Virus record (IMG/VR): IMGVR_UViG_3300009996_000006
Span: 31,601-95,600 of that record
Strand: one strand, 5' to 3'
Source: a virus
DNA length: 64,000 nucleotides
Within the stretch, counting starts at the first letter, position 1, and every line of letters starts with the position of its first letter. The notes beneath the pieces are model-generated. The model did not search any database. It was not told the DNA's origin and saw only the letters and a program-made list of their open reading frames with translations. A program made the position numbers and the translations under genes. Positions 20,082 through 30,329 of the stretch are shown here, one piece after another.

Positions 20082-20789
20082 TTATTTTGGTTGCTTATTC
20101 TGTTCAAAGAATTCTGAATAATCAGAAGTTAAAATACCATCTGTTATATTGTTAAAAGTGGAAACAATGGAGTTTTGAGCAGATGTATCACCTGAATTTG
20201 CATTTGAAATAACTTGCTGAGCTACAGCATCAAGAGGAATTGTCTTTTGTTCTTGTTCGGCTTGAGGATCAACTGGAACAGCACTAAGGCTAGTAATATG
20301 TTCACCAAAATTATCAATATTAACAACACATTCTGCATAAGCATAAGATCCATTTTCTTCATAATAATAATTTTGTACTCTTACAAAATGTGCAGGTGAA
20401 TCACCATAATATTTACCAACGATTGAAGCCCAAGCAGTACAAGATGCTATAGGAGTATTTGCAACCGTTTCGGTCGGTGCGCCTGAATTTGACCATGTGT
20501 AGTTGCCGACTGGTTCGGGCTTGTAAGTAATCTGATTATTAGCAGGATCTAAAACCCAATCAGACACACCTGTTAATTCATTAACAATTGTTGCTGTGTA
20601 AGGATCTAACCCACCTTCATATTGATTACTAATTAAAGGTGTAATATCTAAGATATATTCGCTTTTATTGCTTTTACTTTCTGCTTGAATAATAGCACTT
20701 GTATAATCGCTTGATAATTCAACACTTGTGATATTCCAAATCTCTGGTTTTACTATTTTCTTACCGCCATATAGGCAAAATTTTTTCAT
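20082..20789 (-). CDS. Baseplate-region protein with TspB/inovirus-like domain, paralog A
   Basis: GVSDWVLDPANNQITY and KTIPLDAVAQQVISNA motifs; N-terminal 39 aa identical to paralog B. Confidence 0.65.
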   Translation of the reverse strand: MKKFCLYGGKKIVKPEIWNITSVELSSDYTSAIIQAESKSNKSEYILDITPLISNQYEGGLDPYTATIVNELTGVSDWVLDPANNQITYKPEPVGNYTWSNSGAPTETVANTPIASCTAWASIVGKYYGDSPAHFVRVQNYYYEENGSYAYAECVVNIDNFGEHITSLSAVPVDPQAEQEQKTIPLDAVAQQVISNANSGDTSAQNSIVSTFNNITDGILTSDYSEFFEQNKQPK

Positions 20790-20801
20790 TTTAAAATCCT
20801 T
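20672..20801. repeat. 130-bp exact direct repeat, copy 1 (copy 2 at 23362-23491)
   Basis: Base-by-base identity. Confidence 0.95.
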
Positions 20802-21543
20802 TTGGTATTCCTGTAGTCATTGGTCTACCATCATCTGTATATGGATGAGTGTGTGACTTCATGAAGTTATTTAAATTCATACCGTCGATTGTTACAGTTG
20901 CTTTAATATCCAGTGTAGAACTTTCAATACTGAAACTGTTTGACTTAATACCAAATGTATTTGTTTCAATTGATATTGAGTCACATTTAACATTTGCTGA
21001 TTTTGCAAGAAGTGTGAAATCTTTTGGGCAATCAATTAATACTGATCCATCATTGGTTAATTTAATTAAAACCTCTCTGTCAGTACCAATATTATGTGTA
21101 ATGCACAGGCTGGTTAAATCGACAGGTTTACTATGGTTTTCACTATTTAATCTTGTCTTTTCTACTGTAGATAATCCAATAATCGCAACAGCATCATTCA
21201 TGTTGAATGTTCTGAATGATGAGGGATCGTGTGGAGTGTCAGCACCATTCTTAAATGTATCCAAGTCTTTCTGTGAGAACATTAAGAAAACGGTATCGCC
21301 TTGAATAACTGGCATTGTTACAGCGGATGTTAATGTCGAAGGCATAATGACAGGAACAGAATATAAAATTGGAAACTCTACTCTGCTACCATCACTAAAG
21401 ATTTTATTAACCAATGGTTGAACGTCAATTAAACCGTCCGATAGTTTCTGAACACCAACAACCTGTGCTGGAATACCTGTGAAAATATCATCCATGTAAA
21501 AATCTAAGTTAGCCTTTAAAATAGATTCTAAGTTATTATCCAT
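20791..21543 (-). CDS. Baseplate spike (Gp138-like)
   Basis: VDVQP...VPV..P...P...GD.V.L.FS..D, DAVAI.G, C-terminal HTH metal-binding tip. Confidence 0.85.
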   Translation of the reverse strand: MDNNLESILKANLDFYMDDIFTGIPAQVVGVQKLSDGLIDVQPLVNKIFSDGSRVEFPILYSVPVIMPSTLTSAVTMPVIQGDTVFLMFSQKDLDTFKNGADTPHDPSSFRTFNMNDAVAIIGLSTVEKTRLNSENHSKPVDLTSLCITHNIGTDREVLIKLTNDGSVLIDCPKDFTLLAKSANVKCDSISIETNTFGIKSNSFSIESSTLDIKATVTIDGMNLNNFMKSHTHPYTDDGRPMTTGIPKGF

Positions 21544-22681
21544 CAGCGTCCGCCATGTGTGTTAATGTCATTTCCATAGTGAAAGAATTATTCTCATGTG
21601 TACTAGCGACATATTTAATATTTCTTACTCTGTAGAATCCGTCTACTCTATTTATTGTGTTAACAAGTTTAATCCAAGAGTTTGGTTTAATTGCTGGGTT
21701 AATTAACGCTTTAGCATTAACAACGTTTCTGGCGATCTTTTTAGACTTTGGTGGTTTTGTGTATTTAACATTACCATCCTTGTCTTTTAAAACCTCTCCT
21801 TTTGAGTTAACCTTAACTGTTACTTCTTTCTTATAAATAAGCTCTTCGTTTTCATCTAGAGATTCAAAGTATCCAGTGTTTGTTTCAACTGTTTCAATAT
21901 AAGGAGTTCCAACCAATCCAGTTTCCATGCTGAGAACTTGAGCTTTACCTCTATCGTTTGAAACCTTAACAGGAGTCTGAACATTGTTACCTGTATGCAG
22001 TGATTCAGAAACAACACCCAGCTTGTACCAACCTTGCTCTGTTACATAGAAGTTAATACCATCCATGTCTCTTGGGTTTGTGTAGTAACCTAGAGAGAAC
22101 ATCTCACAAATCTGATCAAACACCTGTTTAGGGTTTCCGTGAAAAGAAACTCCATGAGGGAAGTTGATTCGTGTTAGTTTATCGAGCATAGCCTGACCGT
22201 ACAGCGTTCTTTCCTCTTCTGATATAGCTAGACCACCTGTAGTGAATCCAGCCTTCTCAGCGACATCCTGTAGCACTGTAATCAATGTTGTTTTAGGTGG
22301 GTAAGATGCTGAGATCTTCTCACCCGCATACATTTGTTTAAGTGCTGTTTGGAATGAAATACTTGTTACGAAATCCGATCCTTCACGATCTCTTGATTTG
22401 GATGTTAAAGCACCAATACATAATCGAGCTACAGTGTTTAATTTCTCATTTTTATAACCACACCAGATTTCAACTTCTGTTTTATAACGCTGTCCGATCT
22501 TCTCGAAAGTTGATTGAGACAGGTTATAAATTTTAATTGTTCCAGTGTTAGATGATGCTGATTCGTCAAGATACTCATTGTAATCAAAGTCAATTCTAAA
22601 ACCTTCTTCTGATGTAACAGTTAATTCTTGTTTTGTGTCAAAGTTTTTAATTACTATTTTGATGTATCTATTAAATTGCAT
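21536..22681 (-). CDS. Baseplate hub protein
   Basis: I.IYNLS, GY, TGLVG.P, ALINP.I.P motifs; synteny. Confidence 0.75.
   Translation of the reverse strand: MQFNRYIKIVIKNFDTKQELTVTSEEGFRIDFDYNEYLDESASSNTGTIKIYNLSQSTFEKIGQRYKTEVEIWCGYKNEKLNTVARLCIGALTSKSRDREGSDFVTSISFQTALKQMYAGEKISASYPPKTTLITVLQDVAEKAGFTTGGLAISEEERTLYGQAMLDKLTRINFPHGVSFHGNPKQVFDQICEMFSLGYYTNPRDMDGINFYVTEQGWYKLGVVSESLHTGNNVQTPVKVSNDRGKAQVLSMETGLVGTPYIETVETNTGYFESLDENEELIYKKEVTVKVNSKGEVLKDKDGNVKYTKPPKSKKIARNVVNAKALINPAIKPNSWIKLVNTINRVDGFYRVRNIKYVASTHENNSFTMEMTLTHMADADG
22627..22681. repeat. 55-bp exact direct repeat of hub-gene 5' end, copy 1 (copy 2 at 23489-23543)
   Basis: Base-by-base identity. Confidence 0.95.
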
Positions 22682-22690
22682 GATCTTTCC

Positions 22691-23479
22691 TTAAGTTCTT
22701 AATGTTTTATTGAGTTCAAATTGGGAGATTAGATCGGACAATTTTACAAATTGTTTAGACTCATTAGAAACAAATATACTTTGTGCAACTGTTTCTACAT
22801 ATGTTTCTGCTGATAAAGAAACTCCTTGATCCTCAGCAGATGCGTTTGAAACGATCTTTTCCGCTAGTTTCTCATAGGGTAAGGACGAGGAAGGGGCAAG
22901 AGAAACGTAGTTAGGGTCATAGTTAGGGTTTTGTGTTTCTTCATACAATGCGTTATAGTACCTATTAGACCCGTCAATTCGTACCTCAATCAAGCCGTCC
23001 ACAGATCTAACATACGTTACAGAACCTACACGTCCGTGGGATAAGTAGCAGGACAGCGCATCCTCTTCCAACGATTCATAATTTTTTACGTTATAATTTC
23101 TATCACAAAGGGTTGCGTATCCACCTATTCGGCGATAGGTAAATTTAGAAGTAGGGTCAGCAGTAGTAGGGTCTAGAGAAGGAGGTGAATAAGATACGCT
23201 CTTAGTAGAGTTATCTAATGTCCAGTCAGTTACGCCAGTCAATTGATTAGCCGCATCTTTTACTGCTTGCCACTGTTGCATATCAGTATCATGAAACGAG
23301 CGAACCAAAGCTGTGACCAAATCAAAGTCAGCATAACTGTCATATGTTTCAAAACCATTTGTTTTACTTTCTGCTTGAATAATAGCACTTGTATAATCGC
23401 TTGATAATTCAACACTTGTGATATTCCAAATCTCTGGTTTTACTATTTTCTTACCGCCATATAGGCAAAATTTTTTCAT
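22691..23479 (-). CDS. Baseplate-region protein, paralog B
   Basis: Starts MKKFCLYGG like paralog A; GVTDWTLD and LPYEKLAEKIVSNA match paralog A motifs. Confidence 0.65.
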   Translation of the reverse strand: MKKFCLYGGKKIVKPEIWNITSVELSSDYTSAIIQAESKTNGFETYDSYADFDLVTALVRSFHDTDMQQWQAVKDAANQLTGVTDWTLDNSTKSVSYSPPSLDPTTADPTSKFTYRRIGGYATLCDRNYNVKNYESLEEDALSCYLSHGRVGSVTYVRSVDGLIEVRIDGSNRYYNALYEETQNPNYDPNYVSLAPSSSLPYEKLAEKIVSNASAEDQGVSLSAETYVETVAQSIFVSNESKQFVKLSDLISQFELNKTLRT

Positions 23480-23543
23480 TTTAAAATCCTTGTTTTGTGT
23501 CAAAGTTTTTAATTACTATTTTGATGTATCTATTAAATTGCAT
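23362..23543. repeat. Fused second copies of the 130-bp and 55-bp repeats; includes 20-aa chimeric mini-ORF MQFNRYIKIVIKNFDTKQGF (23481-23543, minus)
   Basis: Direct sequence comparison. Confidence 0.9.
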
Positions 23544-23606
23544 AGTGATTTCTTATTAATTTTTGGCAATAAAATATCACCCAATATGGAGCAAGCTGGA
23601 AAACGA

Positions 23607-24413
23607 TCAAGTTATTCTGAGGTCTTTAATAAGCCCTTTAAAATCATAACCTGAATTTCTTGAGTTAAACTGTGCGCCAAGAGCAAGATATTCAACACCA
23701 CCGAACGATATATTTGGTGCTATTGTTTTCTGGGCAACAATAACATTATCAATAATCATTCTAATATCACCACCTACTCTGATTACATCCAACTGATACA
23801 TTTGATCGTAATTAATAGTAATATCACTCTCTAATAGAGAGAATGCACCATTAACTTGTCGGGCGCGATCATAGAAAATCACTTTTCTATCCATTGATAT
23901 GTATATTTGCCAACCTAATAGAGTGGAATTACTCATTGCATCAATAATAACTATATCGTTTGGATTTGTTTTAGCTTGAGCTGTAAATTTAAGGTGAATT
24001 TTAAAATCGTTGCTATCAAGCGCAAATGGCATATTTTTATATAAATATCCACTTTCATTAAAAAATGCACCTGAATCAGAAAAAGTTACACCACTATAGT
24101 TCTGAAATGGTTCATAACCATGTAACTCCAATAAATTATCTAGATAGTGGATTAATCTATATTCTGATTTATCTATAGTGTATACAATTTTCTCTAAACT
24201 GAATTTTTCAGTTAGATTTTTTACTGCACTTAAGCGAATATAATTTTTTGATCCAACTATAACAGATGTATCCACGTAACTACGTTGTCCACCATTTAAA
24301 ACTGCTTTAGGTACAGTTGGGTTTTCAGGATCAATCGGAGTTTCAGAGCAGTAATAATGCTGTTCATCAACAAATCCGTCTAATTTCCAATTTAATTCTA
24401 AGCGATTAGTCAT
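23607..24413 (-). CDS. Tail-associated protein with LamG/ConA-like domain
   Basis: Fn3-like N-terminus (LELNW...YYCSETPID...YVD), C-terminal LGAQ...FKGLIKDLRIT. Confidence 0.7.
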   Translation of the reverse strand: MTNRLELNWKLDGFVDEQHYYCSETPIDPENPTVPKAVLNGGQRSYVDTSVIVGSKNYIRLSAVKNLTEKFSLEKIVYTIDKSEYRLIHYLDNLLELHGYEPFQNYSGVTFSDSGAFFNESGYLYKNMPFALDSNDFKIHLKFTAQAKTNPNDIVIIDAMSNSTLLGWQIYISMDRKVIFYDRARQVNGAFSLLESDITINYDQMYQLDVIRVGGDIRMIIDNVIVAQKTIAPNISFGGVEYLALGAQFNSRNSGYDFKGLIKDLRIT

Positions 24414-25257
24414 TTTTAAACTCAACTGTTAAATCATAAGGTGCTGAGAAAATAGGATTATCATATTTAGTTAAACACACAGAGAACTCATTAACCCAAT
24501 TATTTTCATCAGTGTTGATAATTTTTAATGAATTATTTGAAGATTCATTTATAATGAACTGATAACTAGACTCAAATGGATATAATCCGTAGATCTTTAC
24601 GTTATCATCTGATGTGTTGATCCAGTCATAATAACCATCATCATTTTTTGATACTTCAATACCGTACCCAGCAAATAATGTGATTAACTCACTGTAGTTA
24701 TTATCTTGAATAGCTAATCTGTAATCAGTGTTATTGATCTTAAAGTCCCATTGACCAGTAGGCAATCCAATGGTTTTCATAATATAACTAGCATCATCAC
24801 AAATAATAATTATTTCATTATCAACAATACTATCTTCCAACTCAAATGAGTAAGAGTTTCTGGTAGATCCAGATGATGTTTTTGAATGTGTGAATGATGA
24901 TGTTGAAATATCTCTACTGATGAAAATATTATTTGCAGACAAACCATTATGTGCGTTAGCATAAAAATCATCTGTAATAATTACAGCAGTTGGTGTATTC
25001 CAATCATTATTTTCATTTTTTGGTAGAACTGTAATATTGAATGGTAGGTTATATGGTGTGTTTTTATCGAATGAGTATAGTTTCCCAGACTCAAACTTTG
25101 TATTTGATAAAACTAAATCCTCACCAATATAACCAAGAATAAACCACGATTTACTTCTTACATTCCATTCAATTCTAAGTTCTATTGTGTATTCACCAAG
25201 TGTTAAGCTTTTATATTGTTTTGAATTGACATCTAATTCAAAGTAGTTGTAATTCAT
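24406..25257 (-). CDS. Baseplate/tail protein
   Basis: L...WN.R...W N-terminal domain; synteny. Confidence 0.6.
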   Translation of the reverse strand: MNYNYFELDVNSKQYKSLTLGEYTIELRIEWNVRSKSWFILGYIGEDLVLSNTKFESGKLYSFDKNTPYNLPFNITVLPKNENNDWNTPTAVIITDDFYANAHNGLSANNIFISRDISTSSFTHSKTSSGSTRNSYSFELEDSIVDNEIIIICDDASYIMKTIGLPTGQWDFKINNTDYRLAIQDNNYSELITLFAGYGIEVSKNDDGYYDWINTSDDNVKIYGLYPFESSYQFIINESSNNSLKIINTDENNWVNEFSVCLTKYDNPIFSAPYDLTVEFKND

Positions 25258-26051
25258 TATCTTCTAGCCTCCACTTCTGCACCAAGTTCAGCTTCAATTT
25301 TATATAATTTATCGGCTGTCGCTTGTAGTGCTTTATTTCTACTCTCTGTAGTTCCAATATAATCTTTTGCTTTGGAGAATAAACCACCTTCTGTTTCTTT
25401 GTCTGGTGTTGTTGTCAAATCAAGAGGAACTTCCTTTCCTGTTGTTGGATCAACTGTTGTTTCCGTAGATCCAGATTTTGCATTAGCACTTGATCTTTTT
25501 AAATCGGCTTCACGCTTAAGTGCTGGTGTTGCTTCTTGTTCAGCGGTTAACTCAACAAATTCAATACCAACAATTCTAACAGGTACAAATGTGATCTTTG
25601 GTTGAATAGAACCAAACTGACCACCTGAGTTACTAAGATCTAATGATTCAATTAAACAAGGGAAAACATCATTATCAATAACCTCTTCACCATTTTGAGT
25701 AAAGCTAGTTTTAACTGAACAAGGGAAACCCTTATCGTTAATCTCTCTTAAATTATTTTTAATGGTTTGTGAGTAGTTATCTGAATCAGCGTAATCTAAA
25801 TCACCAAGAATATTAAATGTAACAATACCAGACTCACCCTGATTAAAGGATAAGTCTGATACCACACCTTCGACGCTGATCTTATCTTTATTTTTAATGA
25901 CATGATCATTAATCACACCGCCATCTTCTACAACATGGGATGTGATTTCATTACTGTAGTTTTCAGATCCATTGATTACCGCGTCGAAGACAATTACGTG
26001 CATAACTGTCGTCTTATCGGTGTCTTGGTATGCTGTAATTGTATACTTCAT
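25257..26051 (-). CDS. Dit-like baseplate/tube initiator protein
   Basis: FDAV...E....IT.H.VE.G..I.DHV. Confidence 0.75.
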   Translation of the reverse strand: MKYTITAYQDTDKTTVMHVIVFDAVINGSENYSNEITSHVVEDGGVINDHVIKNKDKISVEGVVSDLSFNQGESGIVTFNILGDLDYADSDNYSQTIKNNLREINDKGFPCSVKTSFTQNGEEVIDNDVFPCLIESLDLSNSGGQFGSIQPKITFVPVRIVGIEFVELTAEQEATPALKREADLKRSSANAKSGSTETTVDPTTGKEVPLDLTTTPDKETEGGLFSKAKDYIGTTESRNKALQATADKLYKIEAELGAEVEARR

Positions 26052-28069
26052 TATCTACTCGGTGTGTTTCCTAAACCGCCTACGTGAAGAGGCACTGTTG
26101 ATTGTTGTTGTGAATGGAACTTACCGTCAACATAAACAGGAATGTTTGCAGTCATTGTGCTTGGTAGTCTTTGTTGTGATGAATAAACACCACGACCTAC
26201 AGCGCCATTAGCAATATCATTGTTATTTCGTTTGTTATCAATCCAGTCAACAATTCCCTTTATTGGTTTTGTTACAGGGTTTATATCTAAGAATTTATCC
26301 AACAATCCTTTTGAGTCACCTTGTTTAAACATGTCTCTAAAGTCATACCAAGCAAGTTTCATTTTCTTAAATCCAATAGACACACTAAGGAATAAGATTT
26401 CAAACATGAGACCAAGTGTTTTGATCCAGTTATCTTCACCTTCAAGATACTTCTTGTAATCCTCACCAAACTTGAACAATCCATATAGAAGTGCAATAGG
26501 TAAGAATCTTTTCGCAGCCGATCCCATTATCATCATGGCTTTCTTGAAGTTACCCGCCATTAGTAATGACGTACTAGCAACACCGAAGATACCAAATCTA
26601 AACAATCTCATTAAGGTAATTAAACCTAAAATCATTGCTGTAAGTGCTGGGTTTGTAGAGATAAACTCTTTGATAGCCGATACACCATTCATAAACGTTG
26701 TAGCTAAACTAACAAGAACTAAAATAAACTCTTTGATTGTTGGCATTAATTTTGCAATACCATCAAATAGTCTGAATAATAATTTATCTAAACCACCATC
26801 CATGATTTGCTTAGAAGCTTCACGGAAAGCGTTTTTCAATCTCATTTGTCCAACGAGAGATGTTTGTAGTGCTTCATTTAAAGCACCGTTTTTATTAGCG
26901 ATTTCACTTGCAACACCACCTAAGTCAACGGCAATGTCTTGCATTTTAAGACCACCTTTCTGTCTTAATTTGTTGTAAATGTCATCGTTAAAATCTTTAC
27001 CCTGACGCTCGTAAGATCTTCTTGTAGCTTCTTTGATCATCTCTTTAGCTGGCAAACCACGCTCAGCCATTTGACCTTCTTCTTCCGCCTCAATCTTACC
27101 TTTTGTGAACATCTGAGTTAATGCTCTCCACACACCTTTTTGGTCATCACCAGATAAACCATAGGTTGTAGATAATTCAGCCATACCTGTGAATAGTGTC
27201 TTACGATCATTCCAATTCAGTTTACCTTTGGTGGCTTGTTGCATCTTCGCAAAACCCATACCCATTTCGTAAACATCTTGACCTAATCTGTGGGCTTCAC
27301 CGCGAACATACTTCATTGATTCTTTCCAATGTTCTGTCGCTGTTGAAACACCTTCGATCTCTTCTGACGCGGACTTCATGATGATTTCCATCTTTTTCAT
27401 CTCACGACCGCGCTCAACGATTTCCTTCGTTGCAAAACCAGCGGTAACTAAACCACCAGCTAATGCTGTTGCGGGAGTCATTGACCTAAAGAAGTCTCTT
27501 ATACCTGTACCCAAGAAAGCCATTGCGCCAGCTTGTTGTGTACCGTGACCACCACCTCCACCAGATCCTGTACCACCTCCACCATTACCACGACCACCGC
27601 CTACAATTCTTTGTATAATTGTGACAGTTTTAGTTGAAGGAATTGCCCTGATTGATGCTGAGATTAAACCTAGTTTAGTTCTAGCTTCATCTAATTCCTT
27701 GTTATAATATTTCCAACCAGAAACACCTTTACCCAATCTTGTGTTGATTTCGGTAATGGTTTTTGCTACACGATGACCTTGAGATACAACATCACCTAAG
27801 CTTTTTGCTGATCTTTCTACAGCGTTTGCTAATCTGTTTGCACTTGTGGCGATTCTTTGATTAGACGCTTTTACTTTACTAGCATCAAGCTTCTTATTAA
27901 CACCGTCTAAAGCTGTAGACACATTGTTCAATCTTGTTCGGATTGTTTTAAGTGATACAGCATAAGCACGAGTTTCTTTTCTAACAGTTTTTAACTTCTG
28001 TTCAAAAAGATTGTAACCTGTAAGGTCAACATTGAAACCAAGACTAGCAAACAGTTTAGCTACTTGCAT
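26051..28069 (-). CDS. Tape measure protein
   Basis: RALTQM..KGKI.AEE..QMAER tape-measure motif; position after chaperones. Confidence 0.85.
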   Translation of the reverse strand: MQVAKLFASLGFNVDLTGYNLFEQKLKTVRKETRAYAVSLKTIRTRLNNVSTALDGVNKKLDASKVKASNQRIATSANRLANAVERSAKSLGDVVSQGHRVAKTITEINTRLGKGVSGWKYYNKELDEARTKLGLISASIRAIPSTKTVTIIQRIVGGGRGNGGGGTGSGGGGGHGTQQAGAMAFLGTGIRDFFRSMTPATALAGGLVTAGFATKEIVERGREMKKMEIIMKSASEEIEGVSTATEHWKESMKYVRGEAHRLGQDVYEMGMGFAKMQQATKGKLNWNDRKTLFTGMAELSTTYGLSGDDQKGVWRALTQMFTKGKIEAEEEGQMAERGLPAKEMIKEATRRSYERQGKDFNDDIYNKLRQKGGLKMQDIAVDLGGVASEIANKNGALNEALQTSLVGQMRLKNAFREASKQIMDGGLDKLLFRLFDGIAKLMPTIKEFILVLVSLATTFMNGVSAIKEFISTNPALTAMILGLITLMRLFRFGIFGVASTSLLMAGNFKKAMMIMGSAAKRFLPIALLYGLFKFGEDYKKYLEGEDNWIKTLGLMFEILFLSVSIGFKKMKLAWYDFRDMFKQGDSKGLLDKFLDINPVTKPIKGIVDWIDNKRNNNDIANGAVGRGVYSSQQRLPSTMTANIPVYVDGKFHSQQQSTVPLHVGGLGNTPSR

Positions 28070-28256
28070 TTTCTTTATTTATCCTTTGTTCTTCTATATC
28101 GAATAACTTTTGAATTTCCAAGAACTCCAATGCATCGTTTAACTCAACCATCGTGATTTCTTTCTGTAGTTGATATAATGTATATGGGGGATTCTTGGCA
28201 AAAAGGATGTCTAACCATTCAGTAGGCAGTGAGCAATCCCTATTTAACTTAGCCAT
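28056..28256 (-). CDS. Tail assembly chaperone, downstream (GT-like) segment
   Basis: Its frame stays open upstream to the slippery run at 28317-28325. Confidence 0.6.
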   Translation of the reverse strand: MAKLNRDCSLPTEWLDILFAKNPPYTLYQLQKEITMVELNDALEFLEIQKLFDIEEQRINKENASS

Positions 28257-28291
28257 TTCGACAGGGTTTACCCTCGATTCAACTTGGGGTG

Positions 28292-28666
28292 TTAGTCCAC
28301 ATTTATACCGAGTAGAGAAAAAAGGTCACTGTAGTTGAACTCAAGAACTTCCTTGATTAGTTTGTAAAGATTTACATAGTTTTTAGAGAACTCTCTCTCG
28401 AAGTCAATCATCTGGTTGTTCTTAGTTACATTGCTTAGAATGTCTTTTGTAAGCTCAACGAATTGCTCTTCTGTAATTTGATCAAATAGTCCAGCGATAA
28501 CAGAAATGATTGTTGAGTCGTCTTCCGCATCACCTGAGAAAGCTTCTGTTAATGAAGCACCAAAATACTTGATGATTCGACTTTTGATTCTTAATCCTTT
28601 CGACGTTAAGAATGCTGTAACTAAATAGCTCTCATCTCCAACGTGTACTACTTTTTGGTTGTTCAT
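28292..28666 (-). CDS. Tail assembly chaperone
   Basis: Position before TMP; EVLEFNYSD. Confidence 0.7.
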   Translation of the reverse strand: MNNQKVVHVGDESYLVTAFLTSKGLRIKSRIIKYFGASLTEAFSGDAEDDSTIISVIAGLFDQITEEQFVELTKDILSNVTKNNQMIDFEREFSKNYVNLYKLIKEVLEFNYSDLFSLLGINVD

Positions 28667-28680
28667 GTTATCTCCTTAAA

Positions 28681-29163
28681 TTAATTTGTTGCACGAGTTG
28701 ACATAGGTATAATGAAGAACTCCCATTCGACATTACCAGCCTCTAACGATAGATCCATGTTTCTATGGGTTGAGAACTGTGCTTTAAAGTCACCATACCA
28801 TTCGTCATTTTCTATGATGGTAATAGTGAAGAATTTGTTTTTAGACATACACACCGTTGCAAGTTGTTCTAATAATTTGTTCGTCGGTGATGTAGGTAGA
28901 ATACTAATACTTAACTTTCTAACGTAGACTTGCTTGACAAGTGCCACTTCATTACGATAAGTACCAAGAACTTCTTTTGTTAATTCTATATTTTCCAGTC
29001 TGGCTGATTCCCAACCAGTGATTTCTAGTCCAGCAACAACAATTGAGTTCTTAGATGCATCGTAAACTTGCACACCTTTCTGTAAGAACGCTAATGTTGA
29101 TTTTGCTATTCCAGATAAACCACCAACTGAGTTGATGGCGTTATTAATTAGATTTCCAAACAT
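28681..29163 (-). CDS. Virion structural protein (tube-like paralog)
   Basis: YD.....V.G..I.GW pattern shared with tube. Confidence 0.6.
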   Translation of the reverse strand: MFGNLINNAINSVGGLSGIAKSTLAFLQKGVQVYDASKNSIVVAGLEITGWESARLENIELTKEVLGTYRNEVALVKQVYVRKLSISILPTSPTNKLLEQLATVCMSKNKFFTITIIENDEWYGDFKAQFSTHRNMDLSLEAGNVEWEFFIIPMSTRATN

Positions 29164-29172
29164 TGTTACCTC

Positions 29173-29775
29173 TTAGTCAAAGAATCGACCAATTGTTGAT
29201 TGAATCGCACCTGTAACACCTGTTCTATTGCTAATCTCACTAACCTTAGAAACAATACCACTAGGATCAATACCTAAAATATTCATAACTTCGGAAGCTT
29301 GTGCAACAGCACCAGCAATCTCACTAATGTAACTATCATCAGCCTCGTCACCTAACTCATTGTAGGTAGCGTTAAAACAGATAAATGTCCATGTGTTTAC
29401 TGGTAGTGTTGATCCGTGTTCACTTGTTGGTTCAGTCTTTAAGAAAGAATCTGTAGCAAAGAAAGTGCTGGCAATACCACCACCTCTAATATGCACAGGT
29501 AACTTAAATAACTGACCGTAAGATAAAAACAGATTGAAAACCAATTGCATAAAAGCATTTGATGGGGAGGTTCTAACCAATTTGATCTGAACCTCGTAAG
29601 CCTGATTTCTTTTAACGAAAGCAGAAACCGTACCATCTGGTGCTTCTCTGTAAGTGACACGATCACTCATTGGGGTAACAGTGATGAATGAATCTTTGTC
29701 AAAACCTTCTAAGTTTAAACCAAGAACGTTGCATGTTGTTTCACTTGGTACATAGTTGGTTACTTTAGTTGCCAT
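29173..29775 (-). CDS. Virion structural protein (tube-like paralog)
   Basis: Y.P...G..L.GF...FI.V, L..TSPSN. Confidence 0.65.
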   Translation of the reverse strand: MATKVTNYVPSETTCNVLGLNLEGFDKDSFITVTPMSDRVTYREAPDGTVSAFVKRNQAYEVQIKLVRTSPSNAFMQLVFNLFLSYGQLFKLPVHIRGGGIASTFFATDSFLKTEPTSEHGSTLPVNTWTFICFNATYNELGDEADDSYISEIAGAVAQASEVMNILGIDPSGIVSKVSEISNRTGVTGAIQSTIGRFFD

Positions 29776-29797
29776 TATTCATTCACCTTGTTTTTAA

Positions 29798-30316
29798 TTA
29801 TTTCCAGCGGTCATCGACTTGGAAGCCGTTTACAGCTAACATTGCAATAATTTCTGGTGTTAATTTACCGTTACCACCGATGTATTCTTCACAATCCATC
29901 ATGACAATGTTCCATGTTCTAGAACCTAAATCACGACCAAAAGCCTTTTCCTGTGGAACAGAAACATAAGCTGAACTTGAAGAAATAACCGAACGACCTG
30001 ATTTATCAGCAATCGTAATTGAGAATAAACCGTCTGAGTTTTTTCTAGCTTCGTCGAAGTAAGCTAATGCAAATAACGCATCGTTAGATGGTGATGACTG
30101 CACTAAGTTAATATCGGCTGAACCCGCCTTACTCTGGTTGTGGACTCTTGTGTTGAAACCATCTGGGGTTTCATCGTGTACCCATGTAGGGTTTGCTCTT
30201 GTTACGTTAATCATGTCCGCTGAATAACCAGTGATGATGTGATTACCTACTACTTCATGAGAGATAATCGCAATAACGTCTACTGGTGCGTAAGTTGAGT
30301 TTACTGTACTAGCCAT
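29798..30316 (-). CDS. Tail tube protein (DUF3277-like)
   Basis: TYAP.DV, L.Q.SPSN, I.DKSG; follows sheath. Confidence 0.8.
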   Translation of the reverse strand: MASTVNSTYAPVDVIAIISHEVVGNHIITGYSADMINVTRANPTWVHDETPDGFNTRVHNQSKAGSADINLVQSSPSNDALFALAYFDEARKNSDGLFSITIADKSGRSVISSSSAYVSVPQEKAFGRDLGSRTWNIVMMDCEEYIGGNGKLTPEIIAMLAVNGFQVDDRWK

Positions 30317-30329
30317 TTATTCCTTCCTA

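Noticed and set aside
20082..23543. Diversity-generating retroelement or invertible shufflon
   Set aside because: Repeats are exact and direct, with no A-specific mismatches, and no reverse transcriptase or invertase is in the window.
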